The notes under the pieces were generated by a model. The model did not search any database. It was not told the origin of the DNA and saw only the letters and a list, made by a program, of their open reading frames with translations. The position numbers and the translations under genes are program-made. DNA of 63,814 nt, filler included, from Octopus bimaculoides (Eukaryota): the NCBI RefSeq assembly GCF_001194135.2. It is 7 parts of 6 records of this genome, joined end to end, with 100 filler letters (N's around TTAATTAATTAA, not from the genome) between each part and the next. Parts side by side here need not be neighbours in the genome. Positions count along the whole stretch, not along the records: positions 22,201 to 50,806 come from NC_068982.1; 6 more parts are not named here. The stretch is one strand, 5' to 3'. Position 1 is the stretch's first letter, and each line of letters begins with the position of its first letter. Positions 35,413 through 49,182 of this stretch are shown here, one piece after another.

Positions 35413-38194
35413 NNNNNNNNNNNNNNNNNNNNNNNNNNNNNNNNNNNNNNNNNNNNNNNNNNNNNNNNNNNNNNNNNNNNNNNNNNNNNNNNNNNNNNNN
35501 NNNNNNNNNNNNNNNNNNNNNNNNNNNNNNNNNNATATATACTATAATGGAGAAAACTGCTTATTAATTAGGTATGTAGCAATTACTAAAAGTACTAAAA
35601 GAAAGCAGTTATTAAATGGTTGACCGTCTGGAAATATTTTTATAAATTTATGTTCTGAGAAATTGCCTGTAATTTCGATTTCTCAATGTTATTGAATCTA
35701 TTAACTGTAATTTCTCGCAAATTTCAATAGTCATTGCATTTACTACGTCTAGTTCTTCACAAATTTAAATATTCATTGCATTCACTGCGAAGTATTCCAT
35801 TTTCATTTGTAAAGTCCCTCACTTTCTTTTTTAATGTCTTCATTTTAAGTTTTAATTCGCTATTTGGAAAACCGACAGTTTATTCTATTAATGTATACGT
35901 AAAGTAAAAACATTATTTATTGAATGAAATTTTTTTTAAATACTCGTATAATTTTTGTAAAAATGTTTAAAAGTGGTTTTGTTGTTATGGCTTTTTGGAA
36001 CGCTAAAAGCCATGCTACAAAATAAAAATTGTAAATATTTTCCGAGGTAAAGGTGAACAATTCAAAGGAAGTTTCGCTGCTGTTTCTAGCACAACCGAAA
36101 CCACAACCACCCTTTTCACTCTCACATGTATTGATGTCTTCTCCCATTAAACACATTTTATGAAATGATGATGCCGAAGTAACACACAAGTGGTCGATTT
36201 GTGAAAGAAAAACGACAAAATAAGTTGTGATCTAAATTTTTACTCCCACCTGAATCAATCGAAGCCGTGTTTGTGTCTAAGAAAAAACATATTCTAACCG
36301 AAAAGTATTCTATTAAAATGAATTATCGCTTACATAACTTTTTTCTGAAATCAACAACAATTGCAGTGTGGAAGATATTTGTAAGCCGTTCGTGAATTAG
36401 AGCAGTAATCGTTAGGAGTCAAATACTAAGAGCAAAGCAATATAGTTTGAACATACATTGGACGTACTTAATAAATTAGCGATAAGCGACTGTTCAAATA
36501 TATTTTTTTTGTTCCAGGGACAAACTCTGTCAATCAAAAAGAACCAGAGAACGTGTGGCATCTTTTATGAGACTGACAAGTTATATTTGGCATAGACGAA
36601 ATGTGAAAGAATCTACAGTTAATTTGTTATTGTAAGATAGCTACTGGAGATTTATTTCAATGTGTGTAGACTATAAAATAGTAATTTTGATAGGTTTCGA
36701 CCAGTATAGACCCAGGCGATGTCTAACTTAATAGCACCACCTGGTAGTAGTACAACAGGTAGTAATACAAAAGGTTAAGAAACAGAAAAGTTGTTCCCTT
36801 TTTCAAAGGAATCGTTTAATATAACGTAGCTGAATTCGCATCAGGCAACGCTCTTACACGTTTCATATAATTTAGTAATATGAACATTGATAAATCGGCA
36901 AAGTCGCAAAACGCATAGGGTATTCGTCCCAGCTCTCACAATTCAAGTTTCACTTATGTTACTTTTCTATTTCATTTATTCAAATTCAACAAATTGTCAG
37001 AGAAAAGGGGCTGACCCTTCTTGTATCCATTTCTCACTGTTGCTCTTGAAACGGCACCGGTTCCGGTTAGCTGTGGAGATGGATAAATTCCGTTAGATTT
37101 ACATGCACAAGGCACATTGTCTCTCATGTTGGTGTTGATGGATAAAGGAAATGCAAGATTCTCAATGTATAGACTTATATCAACGCTACTGTGTACAGAA
37201 TACGTATAACAGAAAGCATTTTCATAAGCAATGATGTGACGAAACGCCATATCGATTTCTGTGAAAAATTATTTATAACATCTACTGTTGAAGAACATGA
37301 TCAAAGTTTTCATGAAAATATAATAAATTTAATCATCGGAATTTCTGAAAATACAAAACATTTATTACATAGTGTTTTAAAGGAATTAAATATAATAGAT
37401 CTTTATTTGTGCAAATTTAAAATACGCTTTGTGATTGGATAAATTCTAAAGAAGAATTTCTAATCGATTTTAATCTTCAGAGATCAAGTTGGAATTTATG
37501 TGCAGAAAGGCGTAAAATAACACTCAGAAACAATAGGATTATCGTCAACTGAAACGTCAGTTTAAGCAGAGATTTTAATGAGAATCTGGTGAGATTATAG
37601 GAAAATGCTGAAGTTTTCGCATAGAATTTTTTGTAGCACAATACTGAAAAGATTACCTGTAAATTTTTAACGATATTAATACGATTTTAAATTCGCTGCA
37701 CATTTTCTCAACTCTATTCTGACTCTAATGCAATATTTGCTCTGACAAAGGTATAAATTATGTTACCCTTTATGTTTATTATACTAAGTATCCATTTAAG
37801 TTTTAAAACATCTTAATCACACATGCATTTATTTACTTTATTTATTAATTAGTAGAAGCAAGGAAAGCAGTACAATGTGTCGTAGATTGATTTTTGTAGA
37901 GATCTTAGTGTTGTGTGTGGAGTGTGTAGTTGCTGTTAAACGTGATGTTCTAATTTATTTACAGAAAACAGTTGATACATTTTATCAGTTGGGTGCAGTA
38001 CAATGAAGGAATGTAGGGTTTAAAATGGTGAGATATACACATGTAAATAAAGGAATTTATGTATGCATTTTTATATCGTCAGAGAGGTATATATACATAC
38101 ATTGTTTATTTATGTAGATGGATTACAATTGCATAAATTGAGAAAATATATCGATAAAGTTATTCAATAACTTCCTAAAATGTACACAATTCAC

Positions 38195-38455
38195 AGCCCA
38201 TCAGAATTTGATTCGGGCAATGTTAATACCAACATTGAGGGTTTGTCCTTTTACAAGTAATTGTGTCTTTGTGTCTGCAAGAAACCTTCCGTCATCCAAT
38301 ATCAAAGCCCAAGATCTGGGTAGAGGCTTTCTGCACTCGACTACCAGACTTTGGAATATATTTCCAATATCTATTACAGGAGCCAATTTGAACGAAGAGA
38401 TGCCAGCTTTCAAATCTTGCGTGCAAATCACATCTAGTCCTTGACATAGTGGGAG
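38195..38455 (+). mobile_element. CR1/L2-group LINE ORF2 C-terminal remnant
   Basis: RGFLHSTTRLWNIFP...AFKSCV resembles the SF...T.RLWN.LP...FK motif. Confidence 0.6.
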
Positions 38456-41400
38456 ATGGGGAGAACCAGTGGTTGATCTGACGGAGATTGTAACCAATGA
38501 AGATATCATTCACATATGCATGTTATTATTATAAACTAATAACAATAAAATAGCTAGAAAATTATTTGCTACCAAAATTATATGAAAATTGATTTCTACA
38601 TATAAAGTTTTACGAATGAGTCAATACATAAACGCTCTGCAGATTTAATTATAGTTCTCATTAGTAAAAACAAATATCACATAACGCTCATGGATATCTA
38701 GTTTCCTGACTTTATAAATTTACATTGATAGTTCTCTGAATTTTGGTTTAGGTATCATCTATTTCTATAGAATTTAACTGTCAGATTTAAAAGAAAACAG
38801 CTTCGAAAATTTGCTTTTCCTAATGTGTTGAATCAATTTTCATAGAAAATAAATAAACTTTAATTAATATTAATAACTAAACTATTATTTAAACTGAAAG
38901 TGAAACCTGAAGCTTTGTAATACATTCTCTGCTGGTGTTTGTTTTATTAAACTGAAATGAATTCATCATGTAAAAGATATTCTGGTATAACAGTAAGGAC
39001 AAACATTCATTGTTCACATGACAAAATTCCCTTGACGATATGTTCAACATCATTATATTTTCATATCAAATTTCATTTATTGTAGGGACTGCAATATAGG
39101 ACTGAAATGAAATGCTATCTTTTAAGATATGTTGGAATTGCACATGTCTGAAAAGAGACTTGATCTGTTACTGTGTTGTGAAACTAAGACGATTACATAA
39201 TAAAAGACCCAAAACAATAAAGAAAACCGTTAAATTCACCTTTCATTTCCTTCCTGAGGTATTGGAATGTAAATTGCTTCATTACAACCTGCTCACAAAT
39301 ACAATTCCACGCCGCGTTGTGAGGAAAATTTCGACACCTCAAGGATTAATGAAAGGTGAATTTAAACGTTAGAGTACATTGCGTATAGTATAAAACTCTA
39401 TGATAAATATGATGAACATTTACAAAATCTTTCCAAATATCTGAGAGCAAAGCCTAAACTTTCCCTTCAAATATATTAAAACTAAATAATTTTGAATGAC
39501 CGAGCTTTCTATTATTTGACATTTGCCAATGTTGTAAATGGCTTACATTTTGTATTCAACTGTGTTAAGATGCATTCATGTATTTCCATAATTTCTATTA
39601 AAAACTGACAATTTCTATCAGTAAATATTTCTGGCGCTTCTTTACTCTACATATAGAACTTATAGAAGTTATGAAACCTAAGTAGTACATTAACAGTTGT
39701 AGGTATTTAAAATAACCTTTGAAAGAAAGTATTGTTAGAAAAACTAATAGAAATAAGTTGACTAAAGAGATGTCTTTGGTAAGATAACGATTTAGCAAAG
39801 AACAAATTCAGATCAGGTCATGCAAACCTGAATATATTAAGATAACCATATTCAAATTGTGATGTTTTATTGTAATGTATAAACATCAGGATTTGTCATC
39901 GACAGGTTCGTTCTGTATCTGGACAGCTTTCATGCTTTGTACATACATTCATTCTATATGTCATAAACTAATAGAATTATTTGTTCCCTATAAAATTTCA
40001 ACTGATTAAGCTAGATAATCTTTTATATTTACTTAGTGAAAATCTTAAGAGAGGGAGGACGAAATTTTGATACCCCGGTGAGGTCATTAATAATATTTAA
40101 ACAAGCTTGCTATTTGTGTCTCTTGCCAAAATGATTGATAAAATATTATCTAATGAAAAATTGTTGTTCTTTCCTATTAAGCACGAAACATTTATTCTTG
40201 ATTCATATAAGTGACGATGACTGATTGTTATGTCGAAAATTGCCAGTGAATTGAAAACTGTCTTTTAATTGAAGAAAAGGTCTGAAAGAAAACGAAATAT
40301 AACACCAAGTAATTGAAAATTAAATTTTCTTCCTTGTAGCAAAATTTTTATCTTTAGGCATAGTGATAATTATGAACACCTTTTGACCATATTAAACCTC
40401 ATCTGTTGAGTATAGTTTTTCTCAATTCTGTTTTGGTCAGAGGAAATGGAGTTTACAAGTAAAGATTATGAGGAATTTGAGCCGATAAAATTTCGATCAT
40501 TACCAAAAAGCAATAGTATGGAATTTAATAATTCAGATCGGCAGTGATGGATTTCAGGTAAGTGCAATCTTGCATACAAAAAGAATCTTAACGAATTGCA
40601 TTTTCTTATTTAGTTAAAGATAAAAACCTAACGCCAAATGTTAGAGACATTTGAAAAAGGGAGATAATTTCAAGATATATAAATATTCATGCGTATAAGA
40701 AAAATATGATCTCTGTTACGAGGCAAGGTGATAGCAACTAAAGAGCATACCAGCTATTGACCACACAAATTGTTGCCTCTTGACTCTGTGCCACCCCACT
40801 AAAAGACTATGTAATCTTAATACATCTGAGATTAACTAAAATATTGAATGAAGGACTTTTTCCCACACTGTGTATCCACCTGTAATGTTTCATTGTTTTT
40901 AACTAATAAACATTACGCGCGCACACACGCAAATATATACATATATATCTGTCTGTGCATGCGTGTAGGTATGTATTATACAACTCTATATGTGTGTATT
41001 ACGTCACATTGTCTACGAGCAGAACTTTTATAAACCATAAGATAAATAGCGTCAAATTCTAGAATGTTGCTCCTTAAAGATCAATTGAAGTACACTTAAT
41101 TCAGTTTAAAATGGCGATTGGTGTTACAGACGAAACAAAGTTGTGACATATGTGAATTAATGGCAAAAATACTGGTCAACGAATGGGTATCTCTATAGTA
41201 GGTTCCATACGAGAAAAGGAACATTAATGTCTGTAATATTGTTTTAAATAATGTCTTAGATTAGGAAGTACACATTAGATAAAGCAGTCTAAGGTTGTAA
41301 TTTTACTGAATGGAATTATGAACAACGAAGTATTGGAGTATTGGAGACGTGCTTGCAAGAAGTTTGATACTCCACTCCACATAGAATTCAGCTCCTACTT

Positions 41401-41743
41401 AAAGAGATCATTCAAATATTTACAAACTCTTCGTGCTGATATTTGTGTCCTTTCTAAATGATTTTCTGTATGTAATTAGTTAGACAATAATTATATTCAA
41501 CTCTAAGATAAGAGTCTGTAAAATCATAAATAGCCTTTGTACATATTTTACTAACCGTATTTATTATTTTTCTGAATAGCACATCTAGGGAAAAAATAAT
41601 CTTCTTCACAAAGAAATTTCAAATTTAATTTGTATTTAGCAAATTTTCTGCTATTTACTTTCTATTCGCCCCTACTCCCTCTGTCCTTCTCACTCCCTCC
41701 CTGACTCTCTATCACACTCTTACTTCTCCTCTCTTTCCTTCTT

Positions 41744-41813
<70 letters not shown>

Positions 41814-42217
41814 TCTCTTATTCACACTTTCTTTGTTTCTGTTGCTTATGATCTGTCTTTTCCTCCCTTCTTTCTCTCCCGATATTTCTAATGCTGCAGG
41901 GTTATTTGACAATGAAGTTAATTGAAGGAAACTTGCATATTTTTCTGCGTGTTACACAAATGATTACATCTTATTTCAGATAATACCGTTGAACACATAA
42001 CTGTGCAACCAAATATATATATACATGTCTGTGTGTGCACATAAATATATGTACATACATTTACAATAGATGCATACATACATATGCAAAGCTGTACAAG
42101 TTCACCTAAACCTGGAAATACAGAATAAATGATGATCTGATGTTATTATATATTCACAGAATAGAAAAATACATTATCTATACACATTATCTATTATATA
42201 TCATCAGTATTATTTAT

Positions 42218-43140
42218 GGACACAGGTGTGGTTGAGTGGTAAAAAGCATGCTTCCTAACCACAAATTCAGAGTTCAGTTCCACTGCGTGGTAGCTTAGGT
42301 AAGTGACTTCTACTATAGCCTCGGGCCGACCATAGCCTTTTAAGTGGGTTTGGTAGACGGAAACTCAAAGAAGCTCATCATTATTCTATCAACATTATTC
42401 TTATCATCTTTTACTTGTTTCGGTCATTAGACAACGGCGAAGCAGGAGCAACGTCTTCAATGATTTTTTACTTTTTAGTCGAACAAATCAACTGCAGTTA
42501 TTATTTTTGAAGCCTGGTGCCTACTCCATCGGTTCCGTTTGCCGGACCGCTAGGCTATAACAACGTAAAGACATGAACACCGGTTATCAAGCGGTGATGG
42601 TGGACAAACACAAACACATACATAGACACAAAGACACACACAAACATATACATGTGTGTGTGAGTATATGAATATGTATATGTGTGAGTATATGTATATG
42701 TGTGTGTGAGTATATGTAAGGCGCAGAAATGGCTGTGTGGTAAGTAGCTTACTTACTAACCATATGGTTCCGGGTTCAGTGCTACTGCATGGCACCTTGG
42801 GCAAGTCTTCCACTGTAGCTTCAGGTCGACCAAAGCCTTTTGAATGGATTTGGTAGACGGAAACTAAAAGAAATCCGTCGTGTGTATATGTGTGTGTGTA
42901 TATGTGTATCTCTGTGTGTGTAAGTGTGTGTGTGTAAGTGTGTGCGTGTAGGTGTGTGTGTGTAAGTGTGTGTGTGTGTGTGTATTTGTGTTTCTGTGTT
43001 TGCGTCCCGTAACTTAGCGGTTCAGCCAAAGTGAACGATAGAATAAGTACTAGGCTTACAAAGAATACGTCCCGGGTCGATTTGTTCGACTAAAGGTGGT
43101 GCTCCAGTATGGCCGCAATCAAATGGCTGTAACAAATAAA
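42218..43140. mobile_element. Cluster of three SINE A copies (+42218-42376, -42401-42620, +42720-43140)
   Basis: Head, inverted tail and full-length copy read directly. Confidence 0.85.
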
Positions 43141-43736
43141 AGTATATGTATAACAGTTGATTAGAGTTAAAACACAGTGGTAATTTTAAACCATAGTTAA
43201 AACGAATGTTGAAAATACGAAATCTAGCGCAGAGGTTTCATATGGAGAGTCAGTGCAGGGTCCATCTAAGAGACACCTTATGCAGAATATAAATTCACTC
43301 AAAGAAAAATGCTTGAATCATGGATTACTATAATTTTGTTTTAAAATAATCACAGAATGGTTCATATCGGGAGAATGGTATACATCGATAGTACAACACA
43401 CCTAACCACTTATCCACGTAAACACACACACATGTTTGTATGTCAATGTATATATGTATGTGTGTGAGTGTGTGTGTATATATGTGTGTAAATATGCTGT
43501 ATTTAGTCGTAAAATATGACTGACACAAACTTGACAGGCAACATTCAATTATTCATAGATATAACCTGGGCTCTAATTTTGCCGTCAAAATGCCATACGC
43601 AAACAATGAAATGTTGCCTACTTTAAATATGAATACACGTGTCTACAAAGGCTATAAATGGGTTAAACTTATGCGTATGTGTGTGCATGCACGTATGTCT
43701 ATGTATGTGTAATTGTATGTATGTATGTATGTATGT

Positions 43737-43781
<45 letters not shown>

Positions 43782-44049
43782 AGTGAGTGTGTGCACGAGT
43801 AAATGATTCTCGTGTGGTAGGGTTGCGATTTAAAGTTTATATGTTTGTCTAAAATTGTATTCTCACGACTTCGTACTTCTAAGCTGGAAAGTGACGTAGC
43901 ATAGTTCATTATAAAATATTCCTTTTTTGCCAAACTTCTTGCAGCACAAGTCTGTCTCTTGTTATGGGTTATTCCACTCTCCTCTAGACAATTTATTGCC
44001 AGATAATTTCTCATGAAATATTATTACCAAAAGGAAAGTTGGAATAAGC

Positions 44050-44270
44050 AGCGAGCTGGCAGAATCGTTATCACGCAGGGCAAAATGTTTAGCGGCCTTC
44101 CGTCCGTCTTCTTGTTCTGCGTTCAAATTCCGCTGAAGTCGACTTTGCCTTTCCCCCTTTCATGGTTGATAAAATAAGTAACAGTTGAACACTGGTGTCG
44201 ATGTGATCCACTTGCCTCCTCCCACAAACAGGCTGGCCTTGTGACAAAATTTAAAACCAATATTTAAATC
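44050..44270 (+). mobile_element. SINE family B, full-length
   Basis: GCGAGCTGGCAGAATCGTTA head to CCTTGTGACAAAATTTAAAACC tail. Confidence 0.85.
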
Positions 44271-44339
44271 AGAATATCGCCAAGTTTTAAAAGTGGCTTA
44301 AAGTAGGTCTTGAATTAAACTGACATTGACGATTAAAAT

Positions 44340-44570
44340 CTGTATCTTTCTGTGGATATCATAAAGTGAAAATGTTGTGGAAGAATTCCGACCCCCCCGC
44401 CTCAAGTAACGAAAGGTGGACTGTCTCATTGTTATAAAACTGTGAACAATTGGCAGTCATTAATTTTATACATCTTTCACTTCATTAGTTTCGCGTCTTT
44501 TTCCCCACTGCGGTGCTTGGTCTGTCTTTGTCCCCTCTGTGTTAGGGCCTAAGGGCTAAATAAAGAATCA
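44340..44570 (+). mobile_element. Probable LINE 3' end, same tail as 10562-10690
   Basis: TTTGTCCCCTCTGTGTTAGGGCC...AATAAAGAA. Confidence 0.45.
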
Positions 44571-46986
44571 CCGTGTTGGTGCCAGTTCACTGTGAGCACT
44601 TGATATAGAGCGTTGAGTCTCGTATAATAGTAATAGTAGTGCGTTCGTGTATATACTTTCTTCCCCCTGTTTCGCTATATTATATATCTAATACAAGTAT
44701 ATAAAAGAAAATTAACGAAAATTAAAATCTAATATCGAAAACGAACAAAGCAGAGAAAGTGTTAAGTTTCATTCACCATCCTTTTTCTTTAATTTCTTCT
44801 CGTTATTTTTTGAACACAACAAAACAGAGAAACGTACGTTAAATAGCAGTACAACATTTAGATCGTTACATAAATAATAAATTAGAACTATTATATATTA
44901 AATATTTTAAATGAAAATATTTTATTTTAACGTTTATCGAGAACACATAAAGATGGCAAGCAAAACCTAAACTTAAAGAAGTAAGATATCAACATTCCAC
45001 GTTATGAGAAACTACTTTCAAGAAATTTATAATGTTTTGTATTGTAATTGTTTATCACATTCCTGGTACGTTTGTTGCTCTCTTTCTTGTTTTGACTGAT
45101 TTCTTCTTCATGGATAAATTTTTGCACTTTGGCTGTCATCAATATATTCTTTGTAACGGAGTGAAATGATTTTTTCTTTATATATAAGCTAATCTCATTG
45201 ATTTACTTATTTACACAGAGAATTTATTTACGTTATATATTGAAGAAATTTCATCTCAAAATCACTCGGACAGCAACTCGCGGCAGTGATTGGATAGAAA
45301 CAACCAAACATTTGGAGTTAAGAAATATTTGTCTTTTACGCATGCGTGAATTCATCTAAAACTAAACAAACTGAAACCTGAATAATATAATGACAGAAAC
45401 TGGTCACATTCTGATTTGGATAGTAATGACATTCACAAGCGCTAAATTAACCAGCGATGAAAGGAGTAAAATCTTCTTGGCCAACAACAGAAGGACGATG
45501 TATTTGCCGGCGACGAAATGAGCGACAACGAATTGCCTTCACCCTATATAAAAGGGCGGGTAAATGGCGGGAGTAACTATGACTATATATATATATATAC
45601 ATACATACATACATACATATANNNNNNNNNNNNNNNNNNNNNNNNNNNNNNNNNNNNNNNNNNNNNNNNNNNNNNNNNNNNNNNNNNNNNNNNNNNNNNN
45701 NNNNNNNNNNNNNNNNNNNNNNNNNNNNNNNNNNNNNNNNNNNNNNNNNNNNNNNNNNNNNNNNNNNNNNNNNNNNNNNNNNNNNNNNNNNNNNNNNNNN
45801 NNNNNNNNNNNNNNNNNNNNNNNNNNNNNNNNNNNNNNNNNNNNNNNNNNNNNNNNNNNNNNNNNNNNNNNNNNNNNNNNNNNNNNNNNNNNNNNNNNNN
45901 NNNNNNNNNNNNNNNNNNNNNNNNNNNNNNNNNNNNNNNNNNNNNNNNNNNNNNNNNNNNNNNNNNNNNNNNNNNNNNNNNNNNNNNNNNNNNNNNATAT
46001 ATATATATATATACCCACTCATGTACGTATACTTATATAGTTGATAAATATGCTTATCGTATTTATATATATTTACAAATACACACTTATGTCTTATCCA
46101 CTGAGATTAGGATTCTTTAACAAAGCACCCACCTTGGATAACCAAACTTCAACCAGAGGTAGCTTCATTTAAAGAGCGCATATCCATACTTAAGCCGGTT
46201 ATAGAAGTTAATCTGTATTAGCGCCCCGCTAGCACAACACGTTTTAGGGGCGATGTCGCTACACATATTGTTAATAATTTTCTGTCACTTATAAAGCCTT
46301 GCATTTGAATTAGACATAAACAGCAAACGCATTTCAACGAACGTAATGTTACGTTTCGCTTATTTTTGCTCAAAAGCTATCGCTTGCGTAATAGCACTGG
46401 TGACACCCTTCTCAGCAAACATGCAATTCCAAAATTCCAGCCACTTTCCTACTGAGGCTAGTCTTTGTTTCCAAAGTCGTTCCACGTGATTAAACGTTTG
46501 AAACTAACTCAGTCACTTTTCCTTGACCCGCTGGAAAATAGAATTCAGGAAAATGTTTAAGTTAAGCCCATTAAGACAAAGTTATTTCACGTATATGAGA
46601 TTTGTGTTTTTAAAGTCTAATAGCTTTTTGCAATTATTCGCAACAAAACATGACTCCAACAGGAATAAATTCGACAACCACTGATGAGCATGCAGCTTCC
46701 AAAATGGCGTCGGCTAAGGATTGAATTAGCGTGATAATTTCATCAAGTAAACAGTCTTCGTGTATATGAATGGCCGAATAATGAGCGTCTATATTACCAA
46801 CTTCTCGCATGACAACATAATCACTGTGTTGCGTTCATGTGAGGTATATTGGCATATATGTATTCGTGCATTGTATACGCGTGTGAGTGCTTCTTTTGCC
46901 TGTATAAAAGAACACGCGGTAAATAATCACCATTAAAAGATCTAATGTCACTGTCAAATACATACATACACGCGCATGTACACACA

Positions 46987-47869
46987 TGCGTGGTCTGATC
47001 TATAAGTATCCGAACTGTTGCCATAGTAACGACGTTAAAGCACGCAGAGTGAAGCCGCTTCGAGCAGATTAACCTTGAACTTTGCTGTGCATGCACACTA
47101 AGTTCTAACGTTCTAACTCACTTCCGCTGTTTACAACAGTGTTTGTAATTAACGTGTTTAATGTGTGTTCGTCGCATTGACCATGATAGAGAATGTTGAG
47201 CAGAGTATCTGCACTAAATTTTGCCAAAAGCTTGGCGATACCTGCTCTCAGGCCCACGCAAAGCTTCCAAAACGTTTTCATTGTTCTCGACATAATCAAG
47301 GAGATCTTGTGCAACTGAAACCCAAGTGTCCTTTTGTTCAGCTGAAAGCAATTTTGACAAGCGTCTCATACCCAAATCTTCAGTGATAATGGACTGAACT
47401 GGACCATAACTAATCTGTACATCATCTGAAAACTTACAGATGGTGATTCGACGATTTCCCCTCACAGCTGCGCGTACATCTGTAATGTTTTTTTTTCAGT
47501 TCTGCTGGATGCAGGACTCCCAGAACGCGCGTCAATATTGACATTTTTTCAGCCATCTTGGAAATAGCTGAACGCCTCGTACACTTGTGAGTGGTTTATA
47601 CACTCCTCCCCATACACTTTCTGCAACTTTGTGTAGACCTCTGAGCAGGTATCACTATGACTTTTTCTATCGTGGTCAATGCGACGATCACATGCTACAC
47701 ACCTTCCTTCCAAGTACTGCTATAAGGAGCAGAAGTGAGCTAGAACGATAAAACTTAGTGCGCATGCACAGCAGAGGTCAAGGTCAATCTATGCCCAGCA
47801 GCTTTATTCTGTGTGCTGTAGCTTCGTTACTCTGGCAACAGTGCGGATATTTATTGATCAGACCTCCTA
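46987..47869. mobile_element. Fold-back mariner with two left ends
   Basis: The plus arm 46987-47260 and the minus arm 47869-47263 both start GGTCTGATC(A/T)ATAARTATCCG and run into the transposase N-terminus (EQSICTKFCQKLGD; YTKLQKVYGEE...RRITI...LGMRRL). Confidence 0.85.
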
Positions 47870-47889
47870 TGTATGCATAGATATTTTTT

Positions 47890-48214
47890 TTATCTTTTAC
47901 TTGTTTAAGTCCTTAGACTGCGACCATACTGGGGCACCGCCTTGAAGAACTTCAGTGGAACGAATCGACTCCAGCACTTACATTTTTAAGCCTGGTACTT
48001 ATTCTATCGGTCTTTTGCAAAACCGCTAAGTTTCATATATATAAATACACTAACACCAGTTGTCAAACGGTTGTGGTGGGGACAAACACAGACAGAGATG
48101 GTCTGATATACGATGATCTTTCAGTCTTCGTCTACCAAATCCACTTACAAGGCATTGTCAGCCCGAGATTATTAGTAGAGGGTTCTTGCCCTGGAAAGCA
48201 AACATCTTACCATA
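47890..48214 (-). mobile_element. SINE family A
   Basis: Reverse complement of the A tail and body. Confidence 0.8.
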
Positions 48215-48738
48215 AATATACATACGTATATATGTATTTATATGCTTATATAAGCTTGTATATATGTGTATATATGACAATGTATAAAAAAAATTGATTT
48301 CACTGAGATTTTAAGAGTCACCTGACGGTTTATTCAATCACCAGAGAAAGTCGTTTCCTCTATCTGGTTCCTTTATAAGGAAATAAATGGAAGGCTTCAT
48401 TATATGAATGAGGATAATCAGTCAGTCAGCTAAAGTTGTTAATATTTGATTGAAAGGAGATTTTATTTTATTCATAGCAGAAATCTGATAAACAAGTCTC
48501 GTAATCAGAATAGAAATTCAATAGCAGTGTGGGAAACCGGTTAGATCCGGAGATATAACAAAGTCAGGAAGGTAAAGAAGATTCATATTGATAAATAATT
48601 AGAACAAAAACTATAAACGAATTAAGAAATATTAAGTAAATAAATTTAAGGTAAGGAGAGTAATCGGTCAAATGTGAAAATTGTCTGCCAGGGTGTTCAA
48701 AACGTCTCTCCGCAGTATTTTATTGCAAAATCAATATA

Positions 48739-49140
48739 GGCGCAGGGGTGGCTGTGTGGTATGTAGCTTGCTTACCAACGACATAGTTCTGGGTTCAGCT
48801 CACTGTGTGGCACCTTCGGCAAGTGTCTTCTATTACAGCCTCGGGCCAACCAAAGCCTTGTGAGTGGATTTGGTAGACGGAAACTGATAGAAGCCCGTCG
48901 TATATATATATGTATATGTATATATATGTGTTTGTGTGTCTGTGATTGTCCCCCCCCCCCAACATCGCTTGACAACCGATGCTGGTGAGTTTAGGTCCCC
49001 GTAACTTAGCGGTTCGGCAAAAGACACCGATAGAATAAGTACTAGGCTTACAAAGAATAAGTCGAGGTCGATTTGCTCGACTAAAGGCGGTGCTCCAGCA
49101 TGGCCCCAGTCAAATGACTGAAACAAGTACAAGAGAAAAA
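48739..49140 (+). mobile_element. SINE family A, full-length
   Basis: Matches the A consensus end to end. Confidence 0.9.
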
Positions 49141-49182
49141 AAATGGAAAAAAATAAGCTGATGTAAGACTACAAAAGAATAT

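Noticed and set aside
46210-46730. CpG-containing block with CAAAATGGCG (YY1-like) motif
   Set aside because: It may be a DNA-transposon remnant or regulatory element, but no TIR, TSD or second copy is visible in the window.
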